A program made the translations under genes and the position numbers. The notes under the pieces were generated by a model. The model did no database searches. It had not been told where the DNA came from and saw nothing but the letters and a program-made list of their open reading frames with translations. Source: Candidatus Omnitrophota bacterium (GTDB taxonomy: Bacteria; Omnitrophota; Gorgyraeia; Gygaellales; Profunditerraquicolaceae). From it: a stretch of 64,000 nucleotides of DNA. Below, one piece after another: positions 27,923 through 37,384 of this stretch. The stretch covers positions 14,477-78,476 of the forward strand of contig JBAZKL010000002.1 in NCBI GenBank assembly GCA_041650835.1, given 5' to 3'. The first letter of the stretch is position 1; the number at the start of each line of letters is the position of its first letter.

Positions 27923-30090
27923 TGATACGCGCGCCTAAATTCATAATTATTGCCTTGTCTTTATGTTCATGGGGGCTTTCGGGGGCTGTCTCACCCCGCG
28001 CTCTTTACGCGCAAACGAGCGAGGATAAAAACGTTCTCGAACAGCCGATCATCGTCAATGGCGATACGGTGGAATATTCGACCGATAATAAGGAGATCTC
28101 CGCGAGCGGCAATGTCCTTATTATGTATAAAGGCACGAAGCTTACCTGCGATAAGATCACCGTTAACACCCAGACTAAAGACGCGAAAGCCGCGGGGGGT
28201 GTGCGTATCGAAGATGATAAAGGCGTGATCGAAGGCCAGGAGATCGCCTATAATTTTAATACCAAGACCGGGGTTATCCTTGACGGGCAATTCAGGTCCG
28301 CCCCTTATTTCGGCAGCGCTTCGAGTATCGAACGCCTGAATGATTCCGCTTTTGAAGCGATCGACGGGTATGCCTCTACCTGCAGCTTCAGTAAACCGCA
28401 TTACCGCTTCCAGGCAAAGAAAATAAAAGTTTATCCCGGTGATAAACTCCAGAGTAAATCAGATATGTTCTATGTGGGGAAATTGCCGTTTTTGTACCTG
28501 CCGTTCTATTCCCACAGCCTCAAAGACCCTATTTATCATGTTGAATTCTCTCCCGGCAAGAGCGGCGCGTGGGGGCCGTACCTTTTAAGCGCCTGGAGAG
28601 CTGATGTGACTGATTCTATTAAGGGAAGGGTTTACCTGGATTACCGCAATAAACTGGGGACAGCTACCGGTTTCGGAGCTAATTATAAAACCGCTCAGTT
28701 CGGTAAGGGCGATTTCAAGTTTTATTATACGGATGAGAAGCCAAAAAACCTTTCAACAGAGCCGAATGAATTCCAACGTTACCTGGTGCGCTTGAGGCAT
28801 AAATGGGACATTGACCCGCGTACTAAAGCTACGCTGGAGTATTATAAGATACGGGACGCTAAACGTTCCATTGACCCGGGCGCGAATTTTCTTAAAGATT
28901 ATTTTTTCCGGGAATATGAACAGGATGCCCAGCCGTTGACGTACGCTTTAGTCACGCACGCTTTTGATTATTCAAACCTTAACCTTCTGGTCCAGAAGCG
29001 GACTAACCGCTGGTTTAATCAGATCGATAAACTTCCGGAGTTGACCTATAATCTGCCTGATTACCAGATAGGGGAAAGCCCGTTTTATTTCAGGAATATT
29101 TCTTCATTCTCCAACCTGGAAAAAAAGAGCGAGGCATTGTCCGATCTGGACGACCTTGTTAGCCGATTCGACACCTATAATCAATTCTCTTTGCCTTTTA
29201 AGGCTTCGGTTTTCGCGCTGACGCCTTTTGTGGGGCTGCGTGAAACCTATTATTCTCAAAATAAGGAAGGTAATACCGTTGACCCGCGGACTGTTTTTTA
29301 CAGCGGGTTGGATATGAGTACTAAATTCTACCGTGTCTTTGATGTTAATTCCGATTTTTTAGGCATGGATCTTAACGGCCTCAGGCATATTGTCACTCCG
29401 AGCGTTAAGTACGCGTTTAACCATGAACCTACGGTTGCCGCGTCTAAATTACAGGCTTTTGACGAAATAGATACCATAACCAGAAGCAATAGGGTGACCT
29501 TGGAATTGGTCAACAAGTTCCAGACGAAGCGCCCGGATTCGCAAAAAAGGCTGCAAAACGTTGATCTGGCCACATTAACGGCCTCAACCGCCTATGATTT
29601 TAAACCAAAGGGGATCGGGGGTTCCCGTTTTTCCGATTACTTGTTTGATATAGAGTTACTTCCTTATTCGTGGCTGCGTATTGATTCCGATTCAATCCTT
29701 GATTCAAGAGAAAATTATTTTAAGCAGATCAATGTGGACTTGAACACGAGTTTAGGCAAAGAACGCTCTTTCGGCATCGGGCATCGTTATGAAAGAAAAG
29801 GCGGAAAAGAATTAACTTCTCAATTCAGCTGGCGCCTGTCGCCGAAATGGAGGTTTAGGATCTACGAGCGTTATCAATTCGCGGAAGCCCGCGATAAAGG
29901 CTTTAAAGAACAGGAATACACCTTTTCCCGCGACCTTCACTGCTGGGAATCAGACTTCACTTACAATAGAAGCAAGGAGAACGGCCACACCTTTTGGCTG
30001 GTTTTCAGGCTTAAGGCATTTCCTGAAACGGAATTTAAACTCGATCAGACATATCATCCTCCCCGCCCCGGTTCCCAGTCAAATAATTAA
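27922..30090 (+). CDS. lptD: LPS-assembly outer-membrane protein LptD (OstA)
   Basis: Signal peptide, OstA-like N-domain and a large C-terminal beta-barrel rich in aromatic residues. 722 aa. Confidence 0.75.
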   Translation: MIRAPKFIIIALSLCSWGLSGAVSPRALYAQTSEDKNVLEQPIIVNGDTVEYSTDNKEISASGNVLIMYKGTKLTCDKITVNTQTKDAKAAGGVRIEDDKGVIEGQEIAYNFNTKTGVILDGQFRSAPYFGSASSIERLNDSAFEAIDGYASTCSFSKPHYRFQAKKIKVYPGDKLQSKSDMFYVGKLPFLYLPFYSHSLKDPIYHVEFSPGKSGAWGPYLLSAWRADVTDSIKGRVYLDYRNKLGTATGFGANYKTAQFGKGDFKFYYTDEKPKNLSTEPNEFQRYLVRLRHKWDIDPRTKATLEYYKIRDAKRSIDPGANFLKDYFFREYEQDAQPLTYALVTHAFDYSNLNLLVQKRTNRWFNQIDKLPELTYNLPDYQIGESPFYFRNISSFSNLEKKSEALSDLDDLVSRFDTYNQFSLPFKASVFALTPFVGLRETYYSQNKEGNTVDPRTVFYSGLDMSTKFYRVFDVNSDFLGMDLNGLRHIVTPSVKYAFNHEPTVAASKLQAFDEIDTITRSNRVTLELVNKFQTKRPDSQKRLQNVDLATLTASTAYDFKPKGIGGSRFSDYLFDIELLPYSWLRIDSDSILDSRENYFKQINVDLNTSLGKERSFGIGHRYERKGGKELTSQFSWRLSPKWRFRIYERYQFAEARDKGFKEQEYTFSRDLHCWESDFTYNRSKENGHTFWLVFRLKAFPETEFKLDQTYHPPRPGSQSNN

Positions 30091-30333
30091 TTATTTTGAG
30101 TCAAGGTTAATTTGACGCTTCTTCCTTTTAGTCTTTATCCTTTAACCGTGATCTTCGAATTAGGTTCAATTAAGTGGAAATATTACCGCTTGTGTGGCAT
30201 ACTTATAATAAGAAACATATGGAAAACAGGGGGAAGGGATAGGAAGTACAAAACGTTTTTATTAATTATTTTATAAAATATTAAATAACAGCCTTTAATC
30301 CGCCTATTCCAACACCCTGCTGCGCAAGGAAAT

Positions 30334-30362
30334 GCAAGCGTTTGTTACTGCTTGCTTTTTTA
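30334..30362 (+). terminator. Rho-independent terminator
   Basis: GCAAGC-gtttgttact-GCTTGC hairpin followed by TTTTTT. Confidence 0.5.
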
Positions 30363-30404
30363 CAGGGAAAAAGAATAGGTTTTTTTATGCCTTTTAAATT
30401 TATC

Positions 30405-30433
30405 TTGACAAATAAGGGAGGAGGTGATATAAA
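30405..30433 (+). promoter_or_regulatory. Sigma-70-type promoter TTGACA-17-TATAAA upstream of pilA
   Basis: Consensus -35 hexamer at 30405-30410, a 17-nt spacer and TATAAA at 30428-30433. Lies 145 nt upstream of the pilA ATG. Confidence 0.55.
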
Positions 30434-30575
30434 GAAAAATAGTTAAATCAGGTGACGGGATGTTGTTGTGGGCCTTTAAGTAAGACTAGTAGCAGTTCTC
30501 TTAATTAAGTAGTAAGGATAAAAAGGCAACAAGAGCATCCAAGTGTCAATCATACCTAAGAGAGGAGGGTTTGAC

Positions 30576-31007
30576 ATGAATAAGAAAGGGTTCACGTTAG
30601 TCGAAATCATGATCGTAGTTGCTATCGTAGCGTTACTTGCAGCTATCGCAATTCCTGGCCTTTTACGTGCTCGTGTTAATGCCAACGAATCAGCGGCACA
30701 AGCGACTTTAAAGACAATCGCTACTGCTTGCGAATCGTACGCATCTGCTAACAATGGTAATTATCCTACTGATTTCGCGGTTGATTTAGTCGCGGCAGTT
30801 CCTCCGTTTGCAAGCGAGGATTATATTGCAGCCGGCGCCAACACTAGACAAGGGTATACTTTTGCCTGCGGAACATTCGCGGCAACCGGTTATTCTTGTA
30901 CCGCGACTCCTATCGGTTGTATCGCAGGAGCTGTTACATCAGGTACAGGTACCAGAACGTTTACGATCACGACAGGCGGATTATTGTCCGCGGCTGCTTG
31001 CACCTAA
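30576..31007 (+). CDS. pilA: Type IV major pilin (PilA-like)
   Basis: Class III signal MNKKGFTLVEIMIVVAIVALLAAIAIPGL, with G|F cleavage site and Glu5. C-terminal Cys pair. GAGGAGGG Shine-Dalgarno. Confidence 0.85.
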   Translation: MNKKGFTLVEIMIVVAIVALLAAIAIPGLLRARVNANESAAQATLKTIATACESYASANNGNYPTDFAVDLVAAVPPFASEDYIAAGANTRQGYTFACGTFAATGYSCTATPIGCIAGAVTSGTGTRTFTITTGGLLSAAACT

Positions 31008-31038
31008 GCAAGTAGTACCGTTTTGATCGTTTTTTTTC

Positions 31039-31075
31039 AGAAGCCCGGCTTTCGAAAGAAGGCCGGGCTTCTTAG
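31039..31075 (+). terminator. Putative terminator after pilA
   Basis: 11-bp stem AGAAGCCCGGC / GCCGGGCTTCT with a 12-nt loop. The downstream U-tract is weak. Confidence 0.4.
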
Positions 31076-31216
31076 TTCCAGTCCGCCAAGATCCTCTTTT
31101 TGTATATTTTCTTAAACATGTTTAATTTTTCCCTCGGATTTTCAAATATCTCTTGCAGAAAAACATTTTTATGTTAAAATAATTTTGTACCTTAACCGAT
31201 TGGAATAAATATAATA

Positions 31217-31639
31217 ATGAATAATACGAAGGCGAGAAGTTTTGTAACTATAACGATTACAATTGCAATTGTCGCGCTTTTGTTGCGGTTTGGTATAGAG
31301 AATCTTATCAAGTTCAATATTATCCAGAATGAGGAGAACGCTTTAGATACTTTAAAGTCTGTTTCAACGGCTTTGGAAAATTATGCCAAGAATAATGTGG
31401 GTATCTACCCTGTATCTTTGGCTATCCTGACCCAAACGAATCCTCAGTATCTTACAGTCGATTACACCGCTCAACCCCCCGTTAAAGGATATCAATATAC
31501 TTTTTCACGGCTTGATCCCTATGGCTATAGCTGCCGGGCTACCCCGGTGAGCTGCAGTTTAACGGGAAAATCTATCTTTACGATCACGACAGGCGGGATC
31601 ATAATGACGGAAAGCTGCGTTAAGAAAGAGGAGAGTTGA
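31217..31639 (+). CDS. Pilin-like protein lacking the canonical prepilin cleavage motif
   Basis: C-terminal region is similar to PilA (YxYSCxATP...FTITTGG...C). The N-terminus is MNNTKARSFVTITITIAIVALLL, with no Gly at position -1 and no Glu at +5. Confidence 0.55.
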   Translation: MNNTKARSFVTITITIAIVALLLRFGIENLIKFNIIQNEENALDTLKSVSTALENYAKNNVGIYPVSLAILTQTNPQYLTVDYTAQPPVKGYQYTFSRLDPYGYSCRATPVSCSLTGKSIFTITTGGIIMTESCVKKEES

Positions 31640-31646
31640 TCTTTTT

Positions 31647-32147
31647 TTGCCTAAAGGAAATACGATGCGTATCCATATGTTTTGCCGAAGAGAAAAAAGT
31701 TTAAGGCCGGCTCGCGGGTTTACTTTAATAGAGCTCCTGGTGACTGTCGGGATATTGGCGTTTGGCCTCTGCGGCCTGCTCTTGACCTATGTCAATATGC
31801 TCGTGCTTTCAGATTTGTCGCGCAGTTATACCATGGCGACCAGCGCTCTCCAGGATAAAATGGAGGATATTAAGAAAGTAGCTTTTGACAGCCTGTCTGC
31901 GCTTCATGATACGGCTTTTGATGTCGATGGGTTTGCTGCGGGCGCCGCTAAAGGGCGTATTGAAGTATATGATACCGGTTACGCGGATTTAAAACGGGTG
32001 AGGCTGGTCGTTTGCCTTACGAGCCGCCGGAGGGTGATCGGAGAGGACAGTAATTTCAGCGGAACCCTTGATGCCGGCGAAGATACGATGATCGCTAATA
32101 CCCGTCTTGATTCACCGATAGAACTTATTACGTTGATAGTGAGATAG
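31647..32147 (+). CDS. Type IV minor pilin / pseudopilin (prepilin-type N-terminal domain)
   Basis: RGFTLIELLVTVGILAFG class III signal. The start is likely at an internal Met around 31677. Confidence 0.7.
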   Translation: MPKGNTMRIHMFCRREKSLRPARGFTLIELLVTVGILAFGLCGLLLTYVNMLVLSDLSRSYTMATSALQDKMEDIKKVAFDSLSALHDTAFDVDGFAAGAAKGRIEVYDTGYADLKRVRLVVCLTSRRRVIGEDSNFSGTLDAGEDTMIANTRLDSPIELITLIVR

Positions 32148-32153
32148 GAGAGT

Positions 32154-32780
32154 ATGGCTCGTTTTCAGGAAAACAATATTTTTAAGAATAAAGGCGTTAC
32201 TCTTCTCGAGATGATGGTGGTATTGGGTATTTTTGTCGGTTTATTTGCCGCTATCGTAACAATATTGACGAGCTCCGACCGCAGTTGGCGCATCGGGCAG
32301 AGTAAACTCCAAGAGCAGCGTTCCGCCCGGCTTGCCCTGGATACGATCAGCCGTTATCTTCGGCAATCAAATCCCGATTGGGTCATCTCGGGCAATCATT
32401 ATCCCGTAACGATAACATCGTCTTCGAGGATCGACTTCTATCAACCCGTCTTTGATACCAACGGGAATATCACGACATTGCAGAAAGTAACTTTTAAGCT
32501 CAATACCTTGGACGCGACCCAGTTGTTGATGAAAGTAGGTACGTCCGCTTCGGTTTTAGTAGCCGACCATATTCAATCGATCAGTTTTAGCGGCGGCTGC
32601 GTCGCTTGCGCGGCGTATAATTGTACTTCTGTGGCTGCTGATTGTCCTATTGTTTTAGTTTCGATCACGACCAGGCAGGATAATGATTTTACTTTGACAT
32701 CAAAGATACATATTAGGAATTATGCTGTCCCGCTAGATAGTACAACGGAAATCGAGGAGCCTGTTGCGGGTGAGTTTTAG
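32154..32780 (+). CDS. PilW-like minor pilin
   Basis: KGVTLLEMMVVLGIF prepilin signal and a PilW/GspJ-like helix (QEQRSARLALDTISRYLRQ). Confidence 0.65.
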   Translation: MARFQENNIFKNKGVTLLEMMVVLGIFVGLFAAIVTILTSSDRSWRIGQSKLQEQRSARLALDTISRYLRQSNPDWVISGNHYPVTITSSSRIDFYQPVFDTNGNITTLQKVTFKLNTLDATQLLMKVGTSASVLVADHIQSISFSGGCVACAAYNCTSVAADCPIVLVSITTRQDNDFTLTSKIHIRNYAVPLDSTTEIEEPVAGEF

Positions 32781-32817
32781 GGGAAGAAACAGCGTAAGAA
32801 AACGGGGGGTTATCGTT

Positions 32818-34509
32818 ATGAATAAAAAAGGGGTAGTTTTGATCATATCCATGGTGGTCATGGCGGTGTTATTAGTTTTGACCGGCGTTTATTTTACCGG
32901 GCTTATGACCGAAAAAAGAGCTACTGACCGGCAGGAATTTGTTTTGCAGGCTTTAAATCTCGCTGAAGCGGGCGCAAACCACGCGCTCGCGGAATTACGC
33001 GAAAGGATCAGGACGGATTTAAGGGATAAAGTCTCGGAAGTCCACCTGTCGAGCGTGTTCACCGGATATGTCGGAGCGGCTGATTCTTTAGGGTTATTGC
33101 GTGATTACGCGTACGCAAGCGGTGATACGCAGTTCGCTGTTTCCGGCGGCAAGGCTACGTTGACGCTCAATTCTCCTGTCTTAGATACCGCGATCCAGGG
33201 TAGTTATACGGCGACGATCACTATTGAAGCTAACGGCTCACCGACTAATCCGTCAGGAGAAGTCTATGTGTTCCCTTATAAATTCAGTATTGAGTCGAGC
33301 GGCCTGGTTTCCCGGACAACCCCTAATACGAGTAAGACAACGCGTTTAGTTCAGGGGACATTTTCGATCACTACCCGGCGGGATACTTTTGCCAAATTCG
33401 CGCTTTTTACCTCGCATCATTCTACGCCTTCGGGCACAACAGTCTGGTTTACCGCCAATACGAATTTTACCGGCCCGGTGCATACCAATGAACGCTTCAG
33501 CTTCGCCAATAATCCTTCCGCTCATTTCACTGAAGATGTGGCGCAGCACCAGAATTCAGCCCGTTATTATAACAACGGATGGTCAACGTTGATAAATGAC
33601 GACCATAACGGGACTATCGATGTCCCTGTTTTCGAAAAAACATTTGAAAGAGGATACGATATTATCACTCTTACGTCCTCAATCACGCAAACGGACCTTA
33701 AGACCCAGGCGTTGGGCGGGACCGCGGAGCCCGGGTCGAACGGGATCTATGTTCCTAATGACGGGACGAGTGTAACCGGCGGTATTTATATACGGGGTAA
33801 TCAGGGTAACCATGCGGATGATCCGCAAATTACCATGGGAACCGCCGCTGCCGGGCCGGTCTATACTATCGAGAGAAGCGGCGTTACAAAGATCGTTACC
33901 GTGAATTATACCTCGAACCAAACCACGGTTGAGACCGTAGCCGGGAGCACTGTTACCTACCAGGGGATCCCCGATGGTATGGGGAATGAAGGTATTCTTA
34001 TTTATACGAATGACGATGTGGGCGGCCTCGAAGGCGTTGTTCAGCAGGCTTCCACTGTTACTGTTTCAGCGGAACGCGATATTGTCGTTGACGGTAATTT
34101 GACGTATGAGCAGTATAATGCCAGCCCTTTGAATGCCGACGGCTTTACCAATGTGCTGGGCATCTTATCCTGGGGAGGGGATGTTCGTATCGGTACTTCA
34201 GCTCCGGATGATGTCCAGATCCATGGTGTTGTTATGGCGCCTCACGGAGTGTTCCGCGTGGATGATTATAATGAAGATGCGCCGCGCGGTGTGGCTACGC
34301 TCTTGGGCGGGGCAATTACCGATTTCTACGGGGCTTTCGGGACTTTCTCCGGCTCAACGCCGACTCATGGATACGGCAGGAATTTTGTGTACGATGACAG
34401 GATGTTACAAGGGACAACGCCCCCGTATTTTCCTTACTTGTCAAATTTTGTGGCTTTTGACGACGGGAAACTTGACCAGAAATTAGTGTGGCAGGATAAA
34501 GGAGTTTAA
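32818..34509 (+). CDS. PilX N-terminal-domain protein with a large C-terminal extension (putative pilus-associated adhesin or tip protein)
   Basis: TM segment followed by the PilX-like motif QALNLAEAGANHALAELRE. The rest is about 500 aa of beta-rich sequence. Confidence 0.55.
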   Translation: MNKKGVVLIISMVVMAVLLVLTGVYFTGLMTEKRATDRQEFVLQALNLAEAGANHALAELRERIRTDLRDKVSEVHLSSVFTGYVGAADSLGLLRDYAYASGDTQFAVSGGKATLTLNSPVLDTAIQGSYTATITIEANGSPTNPSGEVYVFPYKFSIESSGLVSRTTPNTSKTTRLVQGTFSITTRRDTFAKFALFTSHHSTPSGTTVWFTANTNFTGPVHTNERFSFANNPSAHFTEDVAQHQNSARYYNNGWSTLINDDHNGTIDVPVFEKTFERGYDIITLTSSITQTDLKTQALGGTAEPGSNGIYVPNDGTSVTGGIYIRGNQGNHADDPQITMGTAAAGPVYTIERSGVTKIVTVNYTSNQTTVETVAGSTVTYQGIPDGMGNEGILIYTNDDVGGLEGVVQQASTVTVSAERDIVVDGNLTYEQYNASPLNADGFTNVLGILSWGGDVRIGTSAPDDVQIHGVVMAPHGVFRVDDYNEDAPRGVATLLGGAITDFYGAFGTFSGSTPTHGYGRNFVYDDRMLQGTTPPYFPYLSNFVAFDDGKLDQKLVWQDKGV

Positions 34510-34511
34510 CG

Positions 34512-34760
34512 ATGGATAAGAAGATCGGCATTTTGGTCGGTATCGCGATCGTCGTGTTCTTGGCGGCGATCACGGCGATTAATATCGCCATTAAGCAATT
34601 TGAGTCCGCACCAATGGTCGCTCAGCAGCAGATCCTTATAAAGAAGCAAGCGGTAGCCGAGAATAAAATCGTCCCGGTTCAAAAAGAGCAAAAACGCCTT
34701 GAGGAGTCCCGGCCTGAGATCGAAGCACCACTGCCTCCCGGAGAGCAGCTTTTACAATAA
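34512..34760 (+). CDS. Small single-pass membrane protein
   Basis: 82 aa with an N-terminal TM helix. Sits between the PilX-like gene and pilM. Confidence 0.4.
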   Translation: MDKKIGILVGIAIVVFLAAITAINIAIKQFESAPMVAQQQILIKKQAVAENKIVPVQKEQKRLEESRPEIEAPLPPGEQLLQ

Positions 34761-34775
34761 TGGTATGGAGCCGTC

Positions 34776-35798
34776 ATGAATTTTCTTGAGCAGATCAAAG
34801 AACGATTAGTGAAAGAAAAGGTTTCTGTGGGGTTGGATATCGGGACGTCTTTCGTAAAGATCGCCAAGGTCAAGATGCTCAAAGACACTGTCGAGCTTGC
34901 CGGTTTCCATATTGAGCCGATGCAGCTTGACCTGGAAGGCCTGCTTAAGAACATGGCAAAGGCGCAGGATACTCCTCGGGTCAATATTGCGTTTTCCGGG
35001 CCTTCGACGATCATCCGGTACGCCCAGTTCATGAAAATGAATGTGTCTGAGCTTAAACAAGCTTTGAAATTCGAGGCGCAGAAACATATCCCGTTTTCTG
35101 TGGCGGAGGTCAATGTCGACGGATTTATCGTGAAGCCTGATTTGCCGGATAACAAGATGCTGGTGTTATTAGCCGCGGTAAAAAAAGAATATTTGAATCA
35201 GCGGTTAAAGATCATCGAGTCGGCCGGGTTTCGCGGCCAATGCATTGACCTGGATTCGATAGCTTTAATAAACGCGTTTAATTTTAATTACACTGAAAAG
35301 AATCACTCGCCTGATAAGGCTGCCGCGCTTTTAAATATAGGCGCGGCGCAAAGCAACCTGAGCATTATAGAGGACGGTATCCCCCGCTTGAGCCGCGATA
35401 TTCCTATAGCGGGAAATAGTTTTAATCAGAAGATCAGGGAAGCCATGAGCCTGGAGCTTAAAGCCGCTGAAGAGCAGAAATGTTCTCAGGATCCTGTGAA
35501 ATCGGCGAAAGTGATCTCGGTCATTGAGCCGGTTGTCTCAAATCTTGCCGCGGAGGTCAGGATATCTTTTGATTATTTTGAAAGCCAGAGCGCTTCTTCT
35601 GTCGAGAAGATCTACTTGAGCGGCGGCAGCAGCTTGTTGAAAGGTTTAAAGGACCTGCTTCATACTTTGGTCGGCATTGAGGTTGAATATTGGGACCCTT
35701 TCAAGAAGGTGACCCTGGCTACAAATATTGATTCGGGAAAGTTAAACGCCGTAAAAAGCCAGCTGGCAGTTGCCTTGGGCCTGGCGCTGCGCGGATAA
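34776..35798 (+). CDS. pilM: Type IV pilus assembly ATPase-like protein PilM
   Basis: Actin-like fold (VGLDIGTSFVKIAK); first gene of a pilMNOPQ-like run. Confidence 0.8.
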   Translation: MNFLEQIKERLVKEKVSVGLDIGTSFVKIAKVKMLKDTVELAGFHIEPMQLDLEGLLKNMAKAQDTPRVNIAFSGPSTIIRYAQFMKMNVSELKQALKFEAQKHIPFSVAEVNVDGFIVKPDLPDNKMLVLLAAVKKEYLNQRLKIIESAGFRGQCIDLDSIALINAFNFNYTEKNHSPDKAAALLNIGAAQSNLSIIEDGIPRLSRDIPIAGNSFNQKIREAMSLELKAAEEQKCSQDPVKSAKVISVIEPVVSNLAAEVRISFDYFESQSASSVEKIYLSGGSSLLKGLKDLLHTLVGIEVEYWDPFKKVTLATNIDSGKLNAVKSQLAVALGLALRG

Positions 35799-35809
35799 TA
35801 CACGCTATT

Positions 35810-36412
35810 ATGATCGAAATAAACCTGTTACCGGAAGAATTAAAGCAAAAAGCGAAATCCACGGGTTCAACGTTCGAGTTGAAATATCTGTTGCTTTTGA
35901 TCCCGCTTTTCGTTGTTATCCTGGTCCTGCTCCATTTGTATCTGGGGATCACCATGCTGGTTAAGGCGGGCCAGGTCAATGCCCTGACGGCTAAATTTAA
36001 GCAGTTCCAGCCGCAGCTGCAGGAATTGGAGAAATTTAATAAAGGCTCTGCAGCGAAATCGAGCGATGACCAGATGGTACAGCAGTACCTCACCCAGCGC
36101 ATATACTGGTCGTTGAAATTAAATAAATTAAGCGAGCATGTACCCGACGGAATTTGGTTCCATAATCTTTCGATAGCTTCAAAGGAGTTCTTGTTGGCTG
36201 CTTCTGTCGTCTCCCTGCAAAAAGAAGAGATGAGCTTGATCAATAAGTTTATCAGTAACCTGAACGCGGATAAGGATTTCATGAAAGATTTCAGCGCCTT
36301 AGAATTGAGTTCCGTGCAGAAGAGAACTAAGGGCAGTTACGAGATCACTGATTTTGTCTTACGCGGCCTGGCGCGCGTCCAGCCGAAGGCCCAGCAAGGG
36401 AAGAAAAAATGA
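35810..36412 (+). CDS. pilN: PilN
   Basis: N-terminus MIEINLLPEELK, a single TM helix and a coiled coil. Confidence 0.75.
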   Translation: MIEINLLPEELKQKAKSTGSTFELKYLLLLIPLFVVILVLLHLYLGITMLVKAGQVNALTAKFKQFQPQLQELEKFNKGSAAKSSDDQMVQQYLTQRIYWSLKLNKLSEHVPDGIWFHNLSIASKEFLLAASVVSLQKEEMSLINKFISNLNADKDFMKDFSALELSSVQKRTKGSYEITDFVLRGLARVQPKAQQGKKK

Positions 36413-36984
36413 AGCTACTGACTTTTTTTGATAATCTCGTGATCGATATCCAGAAATTGATCCTGATCGGGATAATATTTGTTACCGTTATTTTTATCGA
36501 TTGTTCTTTTATTATGAAAGCGCAGCTTTTAGGTATCAAAAAATCAGCGGAAACTGCCGTTAAATTGAAAAAAGATATCGCGGCGATATCTGCCGGCCTG
36601 GTTAAAATGAAGGCTTCGCCCGTTAAGCCTGTTTCAGCGGTAAAAAAGAAGCGGCTTTTGACGGACGCGGAAGTGCCTTCTTTGTTGCAGGAAATTTATT
36701 CTCTTGCCGGTAAGAACAAGGTCAATATCATTCAAGTAAAGCCGGTTAAAGAGCTCTCGACGCAGGCTCTTGACCCTAAAAAAGCGGCTCAGGCGCCTAA
36801 GGCTGTGCCGGTGAATATCAGCCTTGACATTGCCGGAAATTATCATTATTTCGGGGCTTTCATCAATGACCTCGAGAATAGCGAATCGTTTATATCGGTA
36901 GAAGAGGTAAAGCTAACGCAATCCACCGATAATTATTTACTGCAAAAGGCTTCACTGATATTAAGGACATATGTTAAATTGTAA
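36409..36984 (+). CDS. pilO: PilO
   Basis: Bitopic membrane protein in the expected position. Its start overlaps the pilN stop. Confidence 0.65.
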   Translation: MKLLTFFDNLVIDIQKLILIGIIFVTVIFIDCSFIMKAQLLGIKKSAETAVKLKKDIAAISAGLVKMKASPVKPVSAVKKKRLLTDAEVPSLLQEIYSLAGKNKVNIIQVKPVKELSTQALDPKKAAQAPKAVPVNISLDIAGNYHYFGAFINDLENSESFISVEEVKLTQSTDNYLLQKASLILRTYVKL

Positions 36985-37384
36985 GAAGACTATTTATCCG
37001 GGGAAAAGAATAAGTAAAAGATCCTGGGCGCTTGTTATCGCCGTCGCCGGCTCCTGCGTGCTTACCCTCGGCAGGAATATGCTGTTTTGCCAGGCGCAGG
37101 GGGAGTTCATCTACGATGCCGCAGGCAGGCGCAACCCTTTTGTGGCATTGGTTACTCCTGACGGCAGGTACGTCCAGCTTGAGAAAAAAGAGATCAGCGG
37201 CGATATTAAATTAGAAGGTATTATTTATGATAATTACGGGGTGTCTTATGCTATTGTAAACGGTTTAGTAGTTAAGATCGGAGATTTTATCGGCGATAAA
37301 CAGGTCCTAAAAATAGAAAAAAACAGGGTATTTTTTGTTAAAGAGGGTCAGGTCTCTGAAACAAGATTAAAGAAGGAGGAATGA
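36971..37384 (+). CDS. pilP: PilP-like lipoprotein
   Basis: Small protein with a lipobox-like AGSC. Overlaps pilO and the pilQ start. Confidence 0.5.
   Translation: MLNCKKTIYPGKRISKRSWALVIAVAGSCVLTLGRNMLFCQAQGEFIYDAAGRRNPFVALVTPDGRYVQLEKKEISGDIKLEGIIYDNYGVSYAIVNGLVVKIGDFIGDKQVLKIEKNRVFFVKEGQVSETRLKKEE

Noticed and set aside
30300-30540. Sigma-54 (-24 GG / -12 GC) promoter upstream of pilA.
   Set aside because: TGGCAT at about 30265 and GGCAACAAGAGCATC at about 30525 do not have the required GG-N10-GC spacing. A near-consensus sigma-70 TTGACA-17-TATAAA is present instead.
31021-31040. T8 run preceding the pilA downstream hairpin, considered as a minus-strand terminator.
   Set aside because: On the minus strand the hairpin would be followed by an A-run, not a U-run. 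No minus-strand genes lie nearby.
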